From Paragordius varius (lineage: Eukaryota > Animalia > Nematomorpha): 64,000 bases of DNA. Each line of letters starts with the position of its first letter. Position 1 is the first letter of the stretch. Below are positions 10,061 through 23,528 of the stretch, one piece after another. A program made the translations under genes and the position numbers. The stretch lies in assembly GCA_964247055.1 (NCBI GenBank), contig OZ176057.1, forward strand, positions 3,100,001 to 3,164,000, in the 5' to 3' direction. Below the pieces are notes generated by a model. The model made no database searches, was not told the DNA's origin, and saw only the letters and a list, made by a program, of their open reading frames with translations.

Positions 10061-11101
10061 AAATGATGCATAAGTTTGCAAAAAAAACTTTTGTGTGATT
10101 GTAAAGCGTTGTGACTCTAAGTAGGCGTTTTTTAGACTTATATTGGTAAAAGTCCACTTTTCGATAGTTCATTTATTATTTTTAGAAGTTTACTCTATAT
10201 ACCATGGAACACGTATGCTAATTTTAAGGTCGATATAAAATCATATACTTTAAGGATAAGTTTGAAATTTAACGAAGTTATTCTCTTATTAATTTATAAC
10301 AGTTAATATTACACATATTGCATATGCACTTAAAGACCTTTAACATTTCAAGGTCTTCCGTGTAATTTCAATACTTCGAGTTGGTCCTTATTTCATTAAT
10401 TTTTATATCTATTTTTGCATATATTTATCTATTTTTTAATTTTTTAACCTAATATTTATATAATTTCCTTTTTTCAGTTAAAATTAATTTTAATAAAGCA
10501 AAATTTTTTGTTTCAAACTAATTTTTTTTCAATTTAACAATGTTTAAAATTATGTTTTTAACGTAAATATTAGCCCATAATCATATGTTTTTTTATTTAA
10601 AACCTTAATAATTAAATAGTTAAATTATTTTTCAGGAAATTAATAAAGATATACGGTTCTTGAATGAAAAAAACTGATATTGATTTAAAAGTTTGAATTA
10701 AATAAAGATATTAGGTTTAAAATGATATACATGGCTCGATTAATGAAAGTAAACAAAATACTGAAGGATATACAATTTAATTAAAAATATCAGGATAATT
10801 ATAGTGATTTTGATTATTGGCTTTGCGAGTCAATTAAAAAATTATATTTTGGTACAGATATTATTCTTAATTTTGGAAGCTAACTTTATGTTATCACAAT
10901 ATAATACACCATGTATAAAATTAATAATATCGAATAATACTCGTATATTGGCTGTGAAATTAAGTTTTTGGATTTAATTTTGAATTACAAATATATGTTC
11001 TATTATAATAATAAAATATATTATTTTAAAACATCACCATTAAATTTAATTAGAGAAATATGTCTTTAAAACCATGATAGAAACAAATACATTATATGAT
11101 A

Positions 11102-13078
11102 CAAGCTGGCCCTGTCACGCTTCGCTGTGAGGTAGTCTTACCGATAATTATTAATAATTTGCAATAAATAGAGGTAATGGAAAAAAAAGATAAAAAACAT
11201 AAATAAAAAGAGTGTCTTTAATTATTCTTTTACGGGTTTGCATAGGCTAAAATATTGTTTAATCGAATTTAAAATTATCGTTTACGAAATCATGGTTAAA
11301 AGTTTTGTTTAAAATTGTGTTCAGGGATCAAGGGATATAAAAAGTAAATCATTTGTGGTATCTTTTTAGGAAGATATTATAGAAATTCCCCAGAAAGGGT
11401 TTAAATGAAATAGTATAGCTTTTTAGGTTTTTGGAAAATTAGCTCCAAACCACGCCATTTTAGTATGGCGTATCATTTTTAAACCGGTAGACCCCTACCC
11501 ATAGATCTATATAGAAAAAGCGCTGAGTTAAATACTATGTTTTTATTGGGCAAGTATTTGGAATAATCTTTGATACCATCGTCTCATGGGTTATTCAAAA
11601 AAATACCTTAACACTAAATAATTGTTATATTATGGCGTTTTTTTAGGGCATAAAGGCCCTAAATTAACGGCTAAAAAACGCCTGACTTCTTTTACCTAGT
11701 TAGGTTAATAATTAAGCTAATGAGCTCATATGGCTGCATAAATTTTCTGTAAATTAGCTCCAAAACAACGCAATTTCTATATAGTTGCGCAGTTTTTGGC
11801 TGGTAGCTCCTTACCCAGCGGCAAGTATAAGTCGAGCAAAATTTTTGCCTTTATATGGGGAATATCTGGAATTATCATTGATTACATATGTTCCTATTAG
11901 ACTCATAGGTTTTGTGAAATTTGGTTTTAAAGGCAGGCTGTGTCCATATGGTGGTGCAGTTTTAGGCGGATAGCCCCCTACCCAGAGGCCAATATATAAA
12001 AAACGTTCGATAAAATTTTCTTTCTAGGGAAAATCTGCAATCATAATCAATCCATATGTTAAGATTTTTTGGAAGAATGACTTCAAAACAAAATATATGA
12101 TAGCGCATTTTTAGGGCGTAAAAGGCCTAATTAACGGCTAATTAAAAAAACCGCTCAACCTAAATTTTTGCTTTTTTACGGTAATATTTCAAGCCCTTAT
12201 TAAACTTGTGTGGCCTGATAAGTTTTCTGAAAATAAATTCCCACACAATGCAATTTTCGATATGGTGGCGCAGTTTTAGGCGGGTAGCTCCCTACCCAGA
12301 GGCTGATACAAAAAAGTCCTTGATGAAAATTTTTCCCTTTTTACGGAGAATGCCTGGAATCATTCATATGCTGTCATTAGTTTTTGGAAAAATACCCTCA
12401 AAACAGAAAAATCATTGTGGAGCATTTTTTGAGGGCGTGAAGGGCCAAATTAACGGTTAATTTAAAAAAACTGCACGACCTAATTTTTGCCTTGTTACGG
12501 GTATTATTTTAAGCACCTATTGAACTCATGCCTGATAGGTTTTCTAAAATTTAGCCATAACACGCTATTTCGATATGACGGGGCAGTTTTTGGCGGGTAC
12601 TTGTTTACCCAGCAGCCAATATATTATAAACGTACAACTAAAATTTTTGCCTTTAAAAGGGAACACGTGGAATTCTCATAGATTTTTACGGTCTTATACC
12701 TTGGTCGAAAAACATATTTAAAAAATTATTTTTGTGGACTTTGTTTTTTTTGAAAAAAATGCCATTTTACGGGGGAGGGGGGGGGTGTAAAAAGAGGGCC
12801 TAAAAGAAGCTAGCCGATTATGTTCGGCGCGCCATCAATAAATAAATAAATATAATTTAAATCTTATAGAGAACATGTTTTCCGGAAAATTTCAAAGACA
12901 CGATTTTTGTGGACTTGTGTTTTCAAAAAAAATCGTTTGTTACACGGGGTAAAAGGGCGAAGCTATTGTCCGGAAATTCATTAATGATTATATTTTTTCG
13001 ACATTTTGATTTTAATGATTCTACCGGTTTTCCGAAAACAGATCACAAAGCCACCATTTTCCATTTTTATAATATAGA
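11102..13078 (-). mobile_element. Non-autonomous Helitron copy A
   Basis: On the minus strand it starts A|TCTATATTATAAAAATGGAAAATGG (13078) and ends with the GTCAC-AGCGAAGC-GTGAC-type hairpin plus CTTG|T (11102; CTAG in other copies). Inserted between A and T, with an internal ~150-167-bp tandem array. Confidence 0.82.
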
Positions 13079-13238
13079 TTATAACCCTTTACATAATTGG
13101 ATGTTGCTAAATTTCTATCACCCGAAATTAAACATTGGTTGTCTGTAAAAATATACTAAAGTAGATGAGTGTATCTCTTAATTCAAATTTCCATAGGGTC
13201 CAAAAATGTCAAATTTTTGCGTATGACATGTATAATTA

Positions 13239-13484
13239 CCATTTACACCTCAAATTCACAAACAATTCCAATTCACTTTAAAGTAACTTATCGTTTTTAA
13301 TGATTAAAATTACCTGTATTTTAATATATTGTTAAAAATCAAATGGTTAAAATTATTATACTGAAAAAATAAATTGAGCCATAAAGATTATTTCATATTA
13401 ATAATGAGTTATATTAGCTCGAAAACACAATTTATTTTTAGGGTGAATTTGAATTGTTCAAGGGTGAATTTAAATTGGAAATGG
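13239..13484. mobile_element. MITE, family A
   Basis: CCATTTACACCTCAAATTCAC ... GGGTGAATTTAAATTGGAAATGG|TATA inverted ends. Confidence 0.75.
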
Positions 13485-14149
13485 TATATATATAATTAAA
13501 ATATTGGTATTCCAGTCAAACAAATTGTATTTTTATTTTTTGTCATATGCTATAACTAACTGGCCATTTCAATTTGTTTCTGCCTTCATACGCGGTTTTC
13601 CTTTTATGATACTCTACGATTTCTGAAAATTTTCACAGGTTTATATAATATATCATAAATAAATAAAATATACATTCCAAACATTGATATCTGAGGATAA
13701 TGGTGATATCTGTTTTCGGACATTTTTATATTTATAAGTAAAGCAATGTTTTAAATTTTGTTTGTTTTACGCTAAATACTTGAGAATAAGATAGAATATA
13801 TTTAATATATGTTGGATTTACCCAACACAAATATCTTCACAGGTCGCATTTTTGACCGAAAATCCGTGGTTTATTATATAGACATGGGCATAAATAAATA
13901 TTTATCGTCAAAACATATGATTGTATTTTCCTTACTAATACATAATGCCATATATCTCTTATTATTAATTAAAAGTGCTGCATAAAATCGGAAAATTTGC
14001 TAATTTCGAAATTTACAAAATATCTCTATAATCAAATTTCCCAAACTATCTGGTATGAGCATATATAAATTCTTAAAAAAATTATATTTTATTAAGTACT
14101 CTTTTTTATTACATTATATGTTTTCACTCATGAAAGGTGTCATGTATGT

Positions 14150-15620
14150 GAGACAAACTATTTCTCCATAAATCTATCTATAGCTTTTTTAGCTTAAGTT
14201 GCTATCAAATTGTGTTTATTTATCTCGTTTAGTGCGCCTACATCCTCATTTTCCTTCAACTTTATGACTGTCTATTGTATAATGAAATAACTCTTTTCAA
14301 TGGCCCTAACCAACATAGTCTATTTTTTGTTATTTTTCCACCTATAGATTTAACATGCGTGTACCGTCGTATATATTTATTCTTAACTCAGTACTTACTT
14401 GTTACAGTAAGCATTTTTATTCTAATAACCATATAATAGATTTCTTCGGATTTTTGGACCACTGTGAATTATACATCATTGGTAACAACTGTACTGTATC
14501 AATTCACTTTAACATTAATTATTACATGCGCTTGAAATCTTTCTATTTACAAAACTGCTTTTGATTCTTAAATAAATACCGTCAGTGAGTGAACCATCTT
14601 ATTTACCCATAAATTTGCACCTTTATTCCCCCACCTGCATCAACCTTCATTTCATATTGTTTTCCCCCAAAGCTAATAAATTCTGTTTTTTCAGTGTTGA
14701 CTTTCAGAACGGATTCCTTTTTTAATAGCCCATTTTATACCGTTTGCTTGAACTCAGCCTGTAAATAAGACATAATGAATATGTCATCCGCATAAGTATA
14801 ATACCCTAACCTTTGATCAACAATTTTGGTACCTAATCAAAATCAAAAATGGACTATGCGAGAGCCTTATTAGACGTCATACAAAGGGTTTCGTAGGTTT
14901 TAACCCTTGAAGTTTAGGATTAATTCTAATTTTTAATAACTTTTATACTTTCCATGTTTACGAAGTACATTTTACCAAATTTCTAATAATGTTAAACGCC
15001 TTTTCTATGCCAATAACCCGGTTCTATTCTTCTGTTCAAAGTACTTTGCAATCAACCTGCTAAACGCATGTATAGTGGTGTATAGTAACTTTGTTGTCAA
15101 TTGACCAATTTTTTATATGCATCTCCCTGACTCGTTTTACATTTATTTATAAGCAATTATGTGGGGCCTCAATTTAAATCTCTATTAATGAAAGAGCCAT
15201 TTATATATCTTTTTTTAAATTAAGGTACCGTTACACATACTTCTCATTCAATACAAATACGCTCCATTTGATCGCCCATTCCCAAGCACACCAACAATTA
15301 ATATTTATGTCAGCGATAAAACAACTTTCTTTGACTTTTTTAGTAAATTGAATTGTACTTTTTCTGCTCATGTTTCTTTGTTTTATCAGAAGCTACGACT
15401 GTCTGGTAAAAAAAGTTTCGCCTATTACTTCGCCCATACAATTAACTTCCCATCTTTTTTATTATTTCTTATTTTGGAACAGGTTTCCATCTTTTCATTT
15501 ATAGTTGTCGCATATTCTTGCAAATCATCTTGCGTAAATTCATCACCTACATTTAAAATTCTTTTTTATAAGAAATTTTTTATCTTTATGCGGATCGTTT
15601 TTTCATAGTATATACTATTT
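14150..15620 (-). mobile_element. Decayed non-LTR retrotransposon (RT remnant, RTE-like)
   Basis: The minus strand has YADDIFI at ~14794-14774, followed by LKVNTEKTEF and upstream IAKVL-like motifs. There are many stops and the boundaries are approximate. Confidence 0.65.
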
Positions 15621-15824
15621 TATATTTTTGAGGACTTTTTGGCATCGGAATAATTAGTGGCGGAATTGTAAAGAGTTTCAATTGTGTTTGTAAATATATT
15701 TAAAACCCCATGCTTAATATCTAATAAAATATTTATTAATACGCATGTATTAAATTTTAAATTGAGTTGAAAATGGCACCCATTTGTATTGGGCTCCCTA
15801 CAAAAAACATATAATCATATAGAG

Positions 15825-18156
15825 CAGGGGTCGGCAAGCTTTTTGGAAGGCAGGCCACTTCGGAAAAAAATCCAACTGTTAATGCTCTTATCATTCTTGG
15901 GTACAAATATTATGATGAATATGTAATTTATTTTAAATTAAAACTGTTGTTATATATTTTGTAAAATAATATACAATTTCATGATAAACTTATCTATCAA
16001 AAAAAGTTATATATTTTTGTAAAGTCTATAAATAACCGGTATAATTCGAGATTTGGGAATTTCATAATTTAAGAATTAATAGCTTAGTCTTGAGATTTGA
16101 ATAGAGTTTTTATGATAGAAAAGGGAAGTGCTATAAAAAATTGTAAAATTCAAATGGATAAATGCGTTAACATTTCTTGTTGCTACGATTCAACGAAATA
16201 TTAAATACCGAGCTATTTTCAGATCTTGTTTATTTATCTTAAAATGAATCATTGAGGTTTTTCTACTTTCTATCGTTTGTAACGACAAACAATCTCCAAA
16301 TTAAATTTTTTAATATTGATAGTTAAACAATTACAAATAATTTATCAACGTCCGTTTGTGTTTGCGATACTGAGATCCTCACCAAATTATGGAAATTTTT
16401 ATCCGTTTATCTCGTTCTATGCTTTGATTTTATATTAATTTTTGAAAATCTTTGTTCACATAAATAAGTACTAGTATACAAAATATTTTGGCAAATTTTC
16501 TTAAATGAAAAAATTATTTTTGGGTAAATTTGAATAAAATGCAATTAAATCATTTTCCTTAAAATTATATTATACGCCTTACTCGATTGCAAAACAATGA
16601 GCTCAAATCTAAAACTAAAAAGATTTTCAAACAATATTATTGTTTTGCATACAGACTTTTACCGATTACGAAAATTTTTATCTAGTGCTTTTGTTGAATT
16701 AAAAAATTAACAATGAATGTCGTTTTTGGTTACAAACGATTGCATAGTAACAAATGACAGTAATTATTTTTTTCAAGATGAGATATAAACAATATATTTT
16801 AGACCGGAAACCTTTACAAAATTATATTAGTAGTAATGTCTACGAGAAACGCTAACTCACTCAACCATTCAAAATTTGATAATTCTAGTATATTGTTTCC
16901 CTTTCAAATTAAATTTGATCTCATCTATTACTCAAAAAATCTTTTAAAACCTTTACGACTGAGACATCTTATTTTAAAAGAATATATGATATCTTCGTAT
17001 TCTGCATCAATTTCAGCTAAAAATTTTAAAATACTCAATGATTTACCGTTTCTCCGGGTATAATTTATAGATTTTACAACAATAGTCATTCAATTTTCTA
17101 AATTTTAAAAAAGGAGGCTTTTTATTCAATTCTATAAATTTCTTATTAATAAGACCAATCAAACTAGTATTACAACCAGTCATGTTCTTTTCCTCATCAG
17201 GTTACATTATTTAATTCTTCCAATTTGAGGTCGATACTGAAAACATCTAATAGTTGCAGAAAAATATCTTCACCTCTTGTATTCTTGCGTAGACTTTTTA
17301 GTGCAGCGAGTTCTTCTGTTACACAATATAGTTTATCAATACATCGGATAAATATTAAGTGTACTTGTCATGTCATGGCCTTTATCGCGCGCTATTGAGA
17401 GGTATTCAAATCGGGAAGTATTTTATATTTATTTTTTAACCCGGCTGATATATTTTCAATTCGTCGCACGGTATGTGCCGACAAGCTTAAAAATTTAAAT
17501 TTTTCCATTTGTTCGGGGCATATTTGATTGACGGCAACAAGGAGACACTTTTTTATAAAATCTCCTTCGGTGAATCGTTTGTTAAGTTCTGCAATCAATT
17601 TCGATATATCAAAGTAAGTTTTGATTTGCGGAATTTAACTGGTTGCCTTTAAAATAGTTTGCTGGTTTCCTAATTTTGTTAAGATTCAATTTTGTTTTGT
17701 CTGAGCTGAAATGAATATTTATCATGTTCATTGTTGTATTTCGTTCAGTAGTGGGGACGCATATCAAATTTTTTAGACTCATTTCATAATGCTTTGTTAG
17801 TTATAATAAAACACTAATCAAGTCCGATTTACATTAAATTCGCGGTTTTCCTCCTTAATTTATTTTCTTTGACTTTTATTACATTTTTTTTATAATAAAA
17901 TATAAATCTTACCGATAAGTTAAATGGCTTACTTCAAGTATTCATTCACGTGTTTATGTGAGCCTATAAACATCCAGCAGCAAGCAAATGAAAGAATGCG
18001 TTTTAAGCAAACCTTTACACAAAACTAGATAATGTTTATTGGATTTGTGGAACAAAAAAGATTTTTGCACAGTAGCTAAAAATTTATTATCTTTTTAAGA
18101 CTTTGAAAAAATTATTGAGCGCATGCCGCCCGAAGGCCGCATGTTGATGACCCCTG
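15825..18156 (-). mobile_element. hAT DNA transposon (Charlie/SPIN/GTF2IRD2-like), decayed
   Basis: TIRs CAGGGGTCGGCAA (15825) and CAGGGGTCATCAA (reverse complement, 18156); 8-bp flanks atatagag / ttataaag (6/8). Minus-strand ORF 17392-17598 (IAELNKRFTEGDFIKKCLL...ICPEQ...LSLSAHTVRRIENIS) matches the GTF2IRD2-type transposase N-terminus. Confidence 0.85.
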
Positions 18157-18659
18157 TTATAAAGGCAATAATGTGGTACGTAATCCTTTTATAAGTAAAA
18201 ACATGGTCTTCGTAAAATTTAATCAACGTGTAACAGGCAACCACCTTAAATTTTATTTATATTATATTTAATTATTATTATTTAATATAATATTTTCTTT
18301 GTTAAAGTCAAATTAATTTTTACTATGTATTGTATTTTTGGTGTTTTATATGTGCAAAATATCGCAAAGCCCCTTCACGTGTTGGAGACCCTTGTGCAGG
18401 ATCATAATATAAAATAATTCATGAAACTTAAAATAATTTTTGAAGGCGATTTACTTTTTAAAAATCGGAAGCGCCTGAGCATATGTAAAACAAGTGTCAT
18501 AATATTTTAAGAGAATATCGTTTTCCAGCGTGCTACAAAGTGTTTTAGCTGCAATTAAAAAATTTTACTCATATATAATTTACGATGTAGAAATATTTTA
18601 GCGAAAATAGCCAATAGTAATTTTTACGCAATCTTGTTATTTTTGCTTATATTTTAAAA

Positions 18660-18910
18660 CAGGGGTGGCCAACACGCGGCCTTCTGAGACATTGTGTGTG
18701 ACCCGCGAAGAATTTGGAAATTTATTTACAAAAATATGCTTATAACTAAGTGAAACTATTGAATACAATTTTTTGAATAAGTCTATCCAATTGGCAACGA
18801 ACTAGAAAAATTGTATTGTGTTTGTATATTCAGTCTTATGTTTAATATCTTATAAAGGCCCATATAAACTCTAATGCGGCCTGTGAAGTGATTTGCGTTG
18901 GGCACCTCTG
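18660..18910. mobile_element. hAT-family MITE (251 bp)
   Basis: TIRs CAGGGGTGGCCAAC and CAGAGGTGCCCAAC (12/14); 8-bp TSD ttttaaaa / ttctaaaa (7/8). Confidence 0.8.
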
Positions 18911-19366
18911 TTCTAAAACAATGTCCTAAAAACGCATAATAATACTTAAGCATATAAAAAGCAATAAAACACGATAAAAATATAAATGGACCCCAAATAT
19001 TGACATCAGTAAGATAAATTAAAATAGATTGACTTAAGTTTTACCCAAATCTATTTTATGAATTAAGTGTGAAGGTTTTTTGAAATATGATTTAACTTTA
19101 ATTATAAATAGATAACAGGTATGACCCAAATTCCCTTCATACATATAAAGAAATAAAATTATTTTTATGTATAATGGTAAATAGGCCAAATTTTAATGAT
19201 TGAATTGTTATCAATAATTTTATGTATATCAATAAACCTAAATAAATCAAATCCAACCCATAAACCAATAAATACCATAACATAAAAATGACATTAATTT
19301 AAAAATTCACATTAAATTTTATGACCAATTTTGGATCTGAAAAATATAGAATAAGAGATCAAAACC

Positions 19367-19375
19367 TATATAAAG
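19367..19375 (+). promoter_or_regulatory. TATA box of repeat-protein gene 2
   Basis: AAACC-TATATAAAG 54 nt upstream of ATG 19421; conserved with gene 1. Confidence 0.7.
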
Positions 19376-19420
19376 GCAAATTTCGTATCATAATAATAAA
19401 TAATTTTGTTAAAATATAAA

Positions 19421-20515
19421 ATGCGAACTTTGGTGCTATTTTCTCTGTGTCTTGTCATTGTTACAGTATCCTCCAGTAATTATAATTTGGGTAAGTGTAT
19501 TCTTTTTATTTAAATATTTTTGAAAATATTAAAAGACTTTTAAAAAACTAATCTATTGTTTTATCTTCTCCCTTAATTTAAAAATTATTAATTACACACA
19601 TGTATAATAAACCTGATATCGCGTCTAGTACGTTATAGTTATTTGGTAATTAAAAATGCTTATTCATTGTAAGGGCCTAAATGTAACGGTGGCGAATCGG
19701 AAGTTACTAAAGAAATAGTTACCGAAAAAGTTCCAGAAGATGAAACAACCGAAGTCACCGAAAGTTCAAACCATTATCCCAGCCGGCCACATTGTCCCAA
19801 CAGACCCCCTGTCCCTCCTGTAAAACCTACTCGTCCCCCACGACGCACAACGGAAGAACAGGTAACTGAGGAAACTACTGTTCGATTTACCAGACCTACC
19901 AAACCACCCAGACCTACTAAGCCTACTTGTAAAACAACAACCACCGAGGCGCCTGAAACAGAGGATACCACGGTTAAGCCTACTAGACCCACCCTACCAA
20001 CAAAACCAACCTGTAAGCCACCACGTCCTACCCGACCTAAACCAACTTGCAAAACTACTCCAGCTAAAACAACTCCTAAGCCACCGTGCACACGCACTCG
20101 CCCAACAAAACCAACAAGACCTACCCGACCAACATGTCCCACACGGCCCACACGACCCACACGACCCACAAGACCAACCTGTCCCACTAAACCAACCAGA
20201 CCAACAAAACCAACCTGTCCCACAAAACCAACCAGACCCACAAAACCAACCTGTCCCACAAAACCAACCAAACCCACTCGACCTACCAAGCCAACTTGTA
20301 GAACTACACCAAAACCTACAAAGCCAAGTAAGCCAACTTGCAAAACCACCCCAAAACCAACTAAACCTACCAGACCAACATGCAAAACTACGCCAAAACC
20401 GACTAAGCCTACTAAAAAAACATGTAAAACTAAACCGACTAAGCCTACAAAAACAACATGTAAGCCGCCTAAACCTACGAGACCATGCCCACCCAAATGG
20501 GAGCATGAAGATTGA
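19421..20515 (+). CDS. Secreted Pro-Thr-[Arg/Lys/Cys] repeat protein, paralog 2; join(19421..19490,19674..20515), 303 aa
   Basis: Exon 1 gives [24 protein letters not shown] with a canonical phase-1 donor G|gtaagt. The acceptor gtaag| is at 19673. Exon 2 is stop-free ([30 protein letters not shown]...[13 protein letters not shown]...(PTR/PTK/PTC)n...[16 protein letters not shown]...[14 protein letters not shown]) ending at TGA 20513-20515. Confidence 0.92.
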
Positions 20516-20656
20516 AAAGAATGTGTTTATTAAATCATTTAATTTTATGAATTTAGTTTAAACATTAAATCATGCATACACACGGGAACTATATTAATCA
20601 ACACTAATCCTATTTACAAATGATTAATTTGTCATTCTAATATACAGCATTGCAAC

Positions 20657-20662
20657 AATAAA
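20657..20662 (+). promoter_or_regulatory. Candidate polyadenylation signal, gene 2
   Basis: AATAAA ~140 nt after the stop, in a context conserved with gene 1. Confidence 0.55.
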
Positions 20663-23528
20663 TATTAGTTGCTCATATATATTATTATTTTAATTTTTCA
20701 TAGCTAATATTACAGGAGGAAATCATATTTAAAAATCATGTCTTTGGCCGAAATTGAGTTTTAGTATGAATAACATTTTTAGATCTTTAATTGGTATTAT
20801 TTTCAAATGACCTTTGCTGAATCAAATATAACTAACCGAAAAATATAAATTTCAAAGGTCCAAATCAGATTGCTAAATGACATTTAAAAATGAAGAGGAC
20901 CTTTCTAAGCATTAATTTGATTCGGTTTGGCACGGCATTGACTGCACACAAGCGGGGGGGGTGGGTTAAATCGTTTGTGCGAACTCGAATTTTCTAAAGA
21001 AAAAATCAATCGTATTAATACTAACCTCAAAAAAGTAAAATTGTTATTTAATAAAGGTATATTTACTTTTTTTGTTAAAAATTTATAAAATGAAGACTTT
21101 TTATTTTCAATAACTTATAAAAAAATAAGAATGATATACTGATTCCAGATTGAATGTTTATATCTATATCTTAGTGACTATTTGATAACCTAACTAAAAC
21201 AACATAAAGACCCCAACATTTCGAAGAATGAGACCGTTGTAAAAATTGAGATATAAATAAGTTAAACTTAAGTGACTCAGTATTTTGGGCCACAGCGCAT
21301 TATTGCTTTAAAACATAATCAATTATAATAAAACGTATATAAAAATTAAGATTACGACATTCAAATAATCTTCTTTTAACCAAATTAATTTTTCATAGCT
21401 TTATAAAAATATTGAATAAAATATTATATACATGCAATTAAATAATTAAAAAGGAAATGGAGATGGTGAAGCGTTCTTAGAATGCTGATATTTTTTTTGA
21501 ACATTCATTCATATAAAAAGAAATTAAACGATGTTGTGAGAATAATGAATATATTAAACATAAAAACTTTTAGCATTGCACCATAAACCGCAAGAATAAA
21601 AAAGTCTGGAAGGGAATTGTTGATTTCAGGTGATGATGAACGCTGTGGAGTGGAGTTATAAACCCCGTATATATCGGTAAAGATATTAGACAACCAAATG
21701 ATAAAATAGTAACGAGGTTACAACATTGCTTATGAAAGCACAAAAAATAGATTATACGAAAACCTAGGCAAAAAATTAGTGCAGAACGACACTTGTGGGA
21801 TTTTTAATGGTCATTTTGGTTCAAGCAGAGAATCGTTTTATATATGTTATAGGAGATAATCTGAAGGAGAAAAAATAGGAAGGAGTTAATTAGTTTAAAT
21901 TTGGACAATCTCACAAGCTGGCTGTAGCAAACGCGTTTGTGAATGTTAGTGTCATTTGATGGCTTAAAGCGATATATAAACACGTTTTTAAGAAAAAAAG
22001 TGCGTCATTTGAAAACCACAAAGGAAATATACTTAAGTTACAATTAGATATAATACTAGAATAAATATTTTAGTTATATAAAAATCCTGCAGCATAATTT
22101 ACTTTAATTTCGTCAAAGAGAAGGCAAAATAAATTAATCTTTTCAAAAATCTTAAAATCATTAAATGGGAATTATCAAAAACAGGAAGCATTTACAAAAT
22201 AATAATTTTTGTGAAATGGCAAATGGTGATTCTGCTAAATGAACTAGTGGACATTCATAAAGCATTTGTAATTAAGGTGTCAGAATTACACTTTAGTCCA
22301 AAATGTTTATGCCAATATTATTTTTAGCCTAAAAATCTGCGATGACCATTATCTTAATTTTTTGAATGGTTTTAAAACTAAATATTTTTTACTGAATATT
22401 AACACAAAAAGCCACGATAGCGAGATATGTGCTAAATGTTAATTATCCTGAAACCTTAAATGTAATTTGAAAAATCAGCAATATTTCTGGAAATTTTAAC
22501 TATGTAACATACAAGAAAGGGCTTTGAATGTTTCGAACCCCTTTACACAACATTTTAAATTTAGATGAGTCCGGGTAAAAGCATCGTAATCGTGTGATGA
22601 ATGCCCCAATAAAAAGGCGGTTTAGATCTTGATAGATTTTAAAATTATTTGCTACTAACAAATGGATAAATAGTATTTTCCCTCACCCTAGGTTGCTTAA
22701 ATTTTAGAATAGAATATAACACTTATTCAAACTTTGTATATTAATTGCTAACGTAAAATTTTATATAAGGTTTAAATATGCTGAGTAGGGTATCATATGA
22801 GCTAAATCGCCTTTGTACGGATTAAACAAAAAGGCGATTATGTGATCAAGGATTTTAATTTTCCTAGTTAATATACATAACTATACCTTTCTTTGAAAAC
22901 AAAACTAATAAAAAAATAATACACAATCTGCATCATAAATATGATTAAAAATCGGGCATTGTTATTAATGTGAATAGGGCATAGTAAAGGTAACTTATAT
23001 TATTAGTATATAGAATTTTAAATCAAAATAGCCATAATTAAAGGAATTATAAAATTCATTTCCGCCAGTCTAGATTCAATTTCAAAGTTATCATTCTATC
23101 GATTAATGAAAACCCGTGAGTCGAATTTCAACCCCTGAAAAATTTAAAGTTTTATAAGAAATTCCACAAATATATTTTTGAAAAAATTCTATTTAAATTA
23201 AAATAAAAATAATTATTCATAATATATGAATACGCCAAATATAGTGAGAAAGTTTATTGATTGATTATATTTATTCGAAATAATAATACAATTAGAATTG
23301 TTATGGTTGTAGTTATTTCCCTTCTATAAGAAATTTGTAAAATTGTTTTATTAATTACATGATTAATTACAATCGGTCAAAAGCGTACCAAAACATTTGT
23401 GGAATCGAATCTTTTTTTAACTGTTTTAGAACCAAAAGAAAAACCCAAATACTTTCAGCACCGTTTTGGTACCTTAAGTTCTCTACGTTTACAAAATAGT
23501 AATATATATTCTATCTTTTTATTATTAA

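Noticed and set aside
11620-12620. Regularly spaced repeats suggestive of a CRISPR-like array
   Set aside because: Eukaryotic context; the units are degenerate along their whole length with no constant repeat/unique spacer structure and no cas genes. It is the internal satellite of a Helitron.
19774-20506. Minus-strand Gly/Val-rich and Trp/Cys-rich ORFs
   Set aside because: Antisense shadows of paralog 2.
22803-22840. 10-bp stem hairpin aatcgccttt...aaaggcgatt
   Set aside because: Single short inverted repeat with no second copy or ncRNA hallmark recognised; compatible with chance or TE debris.
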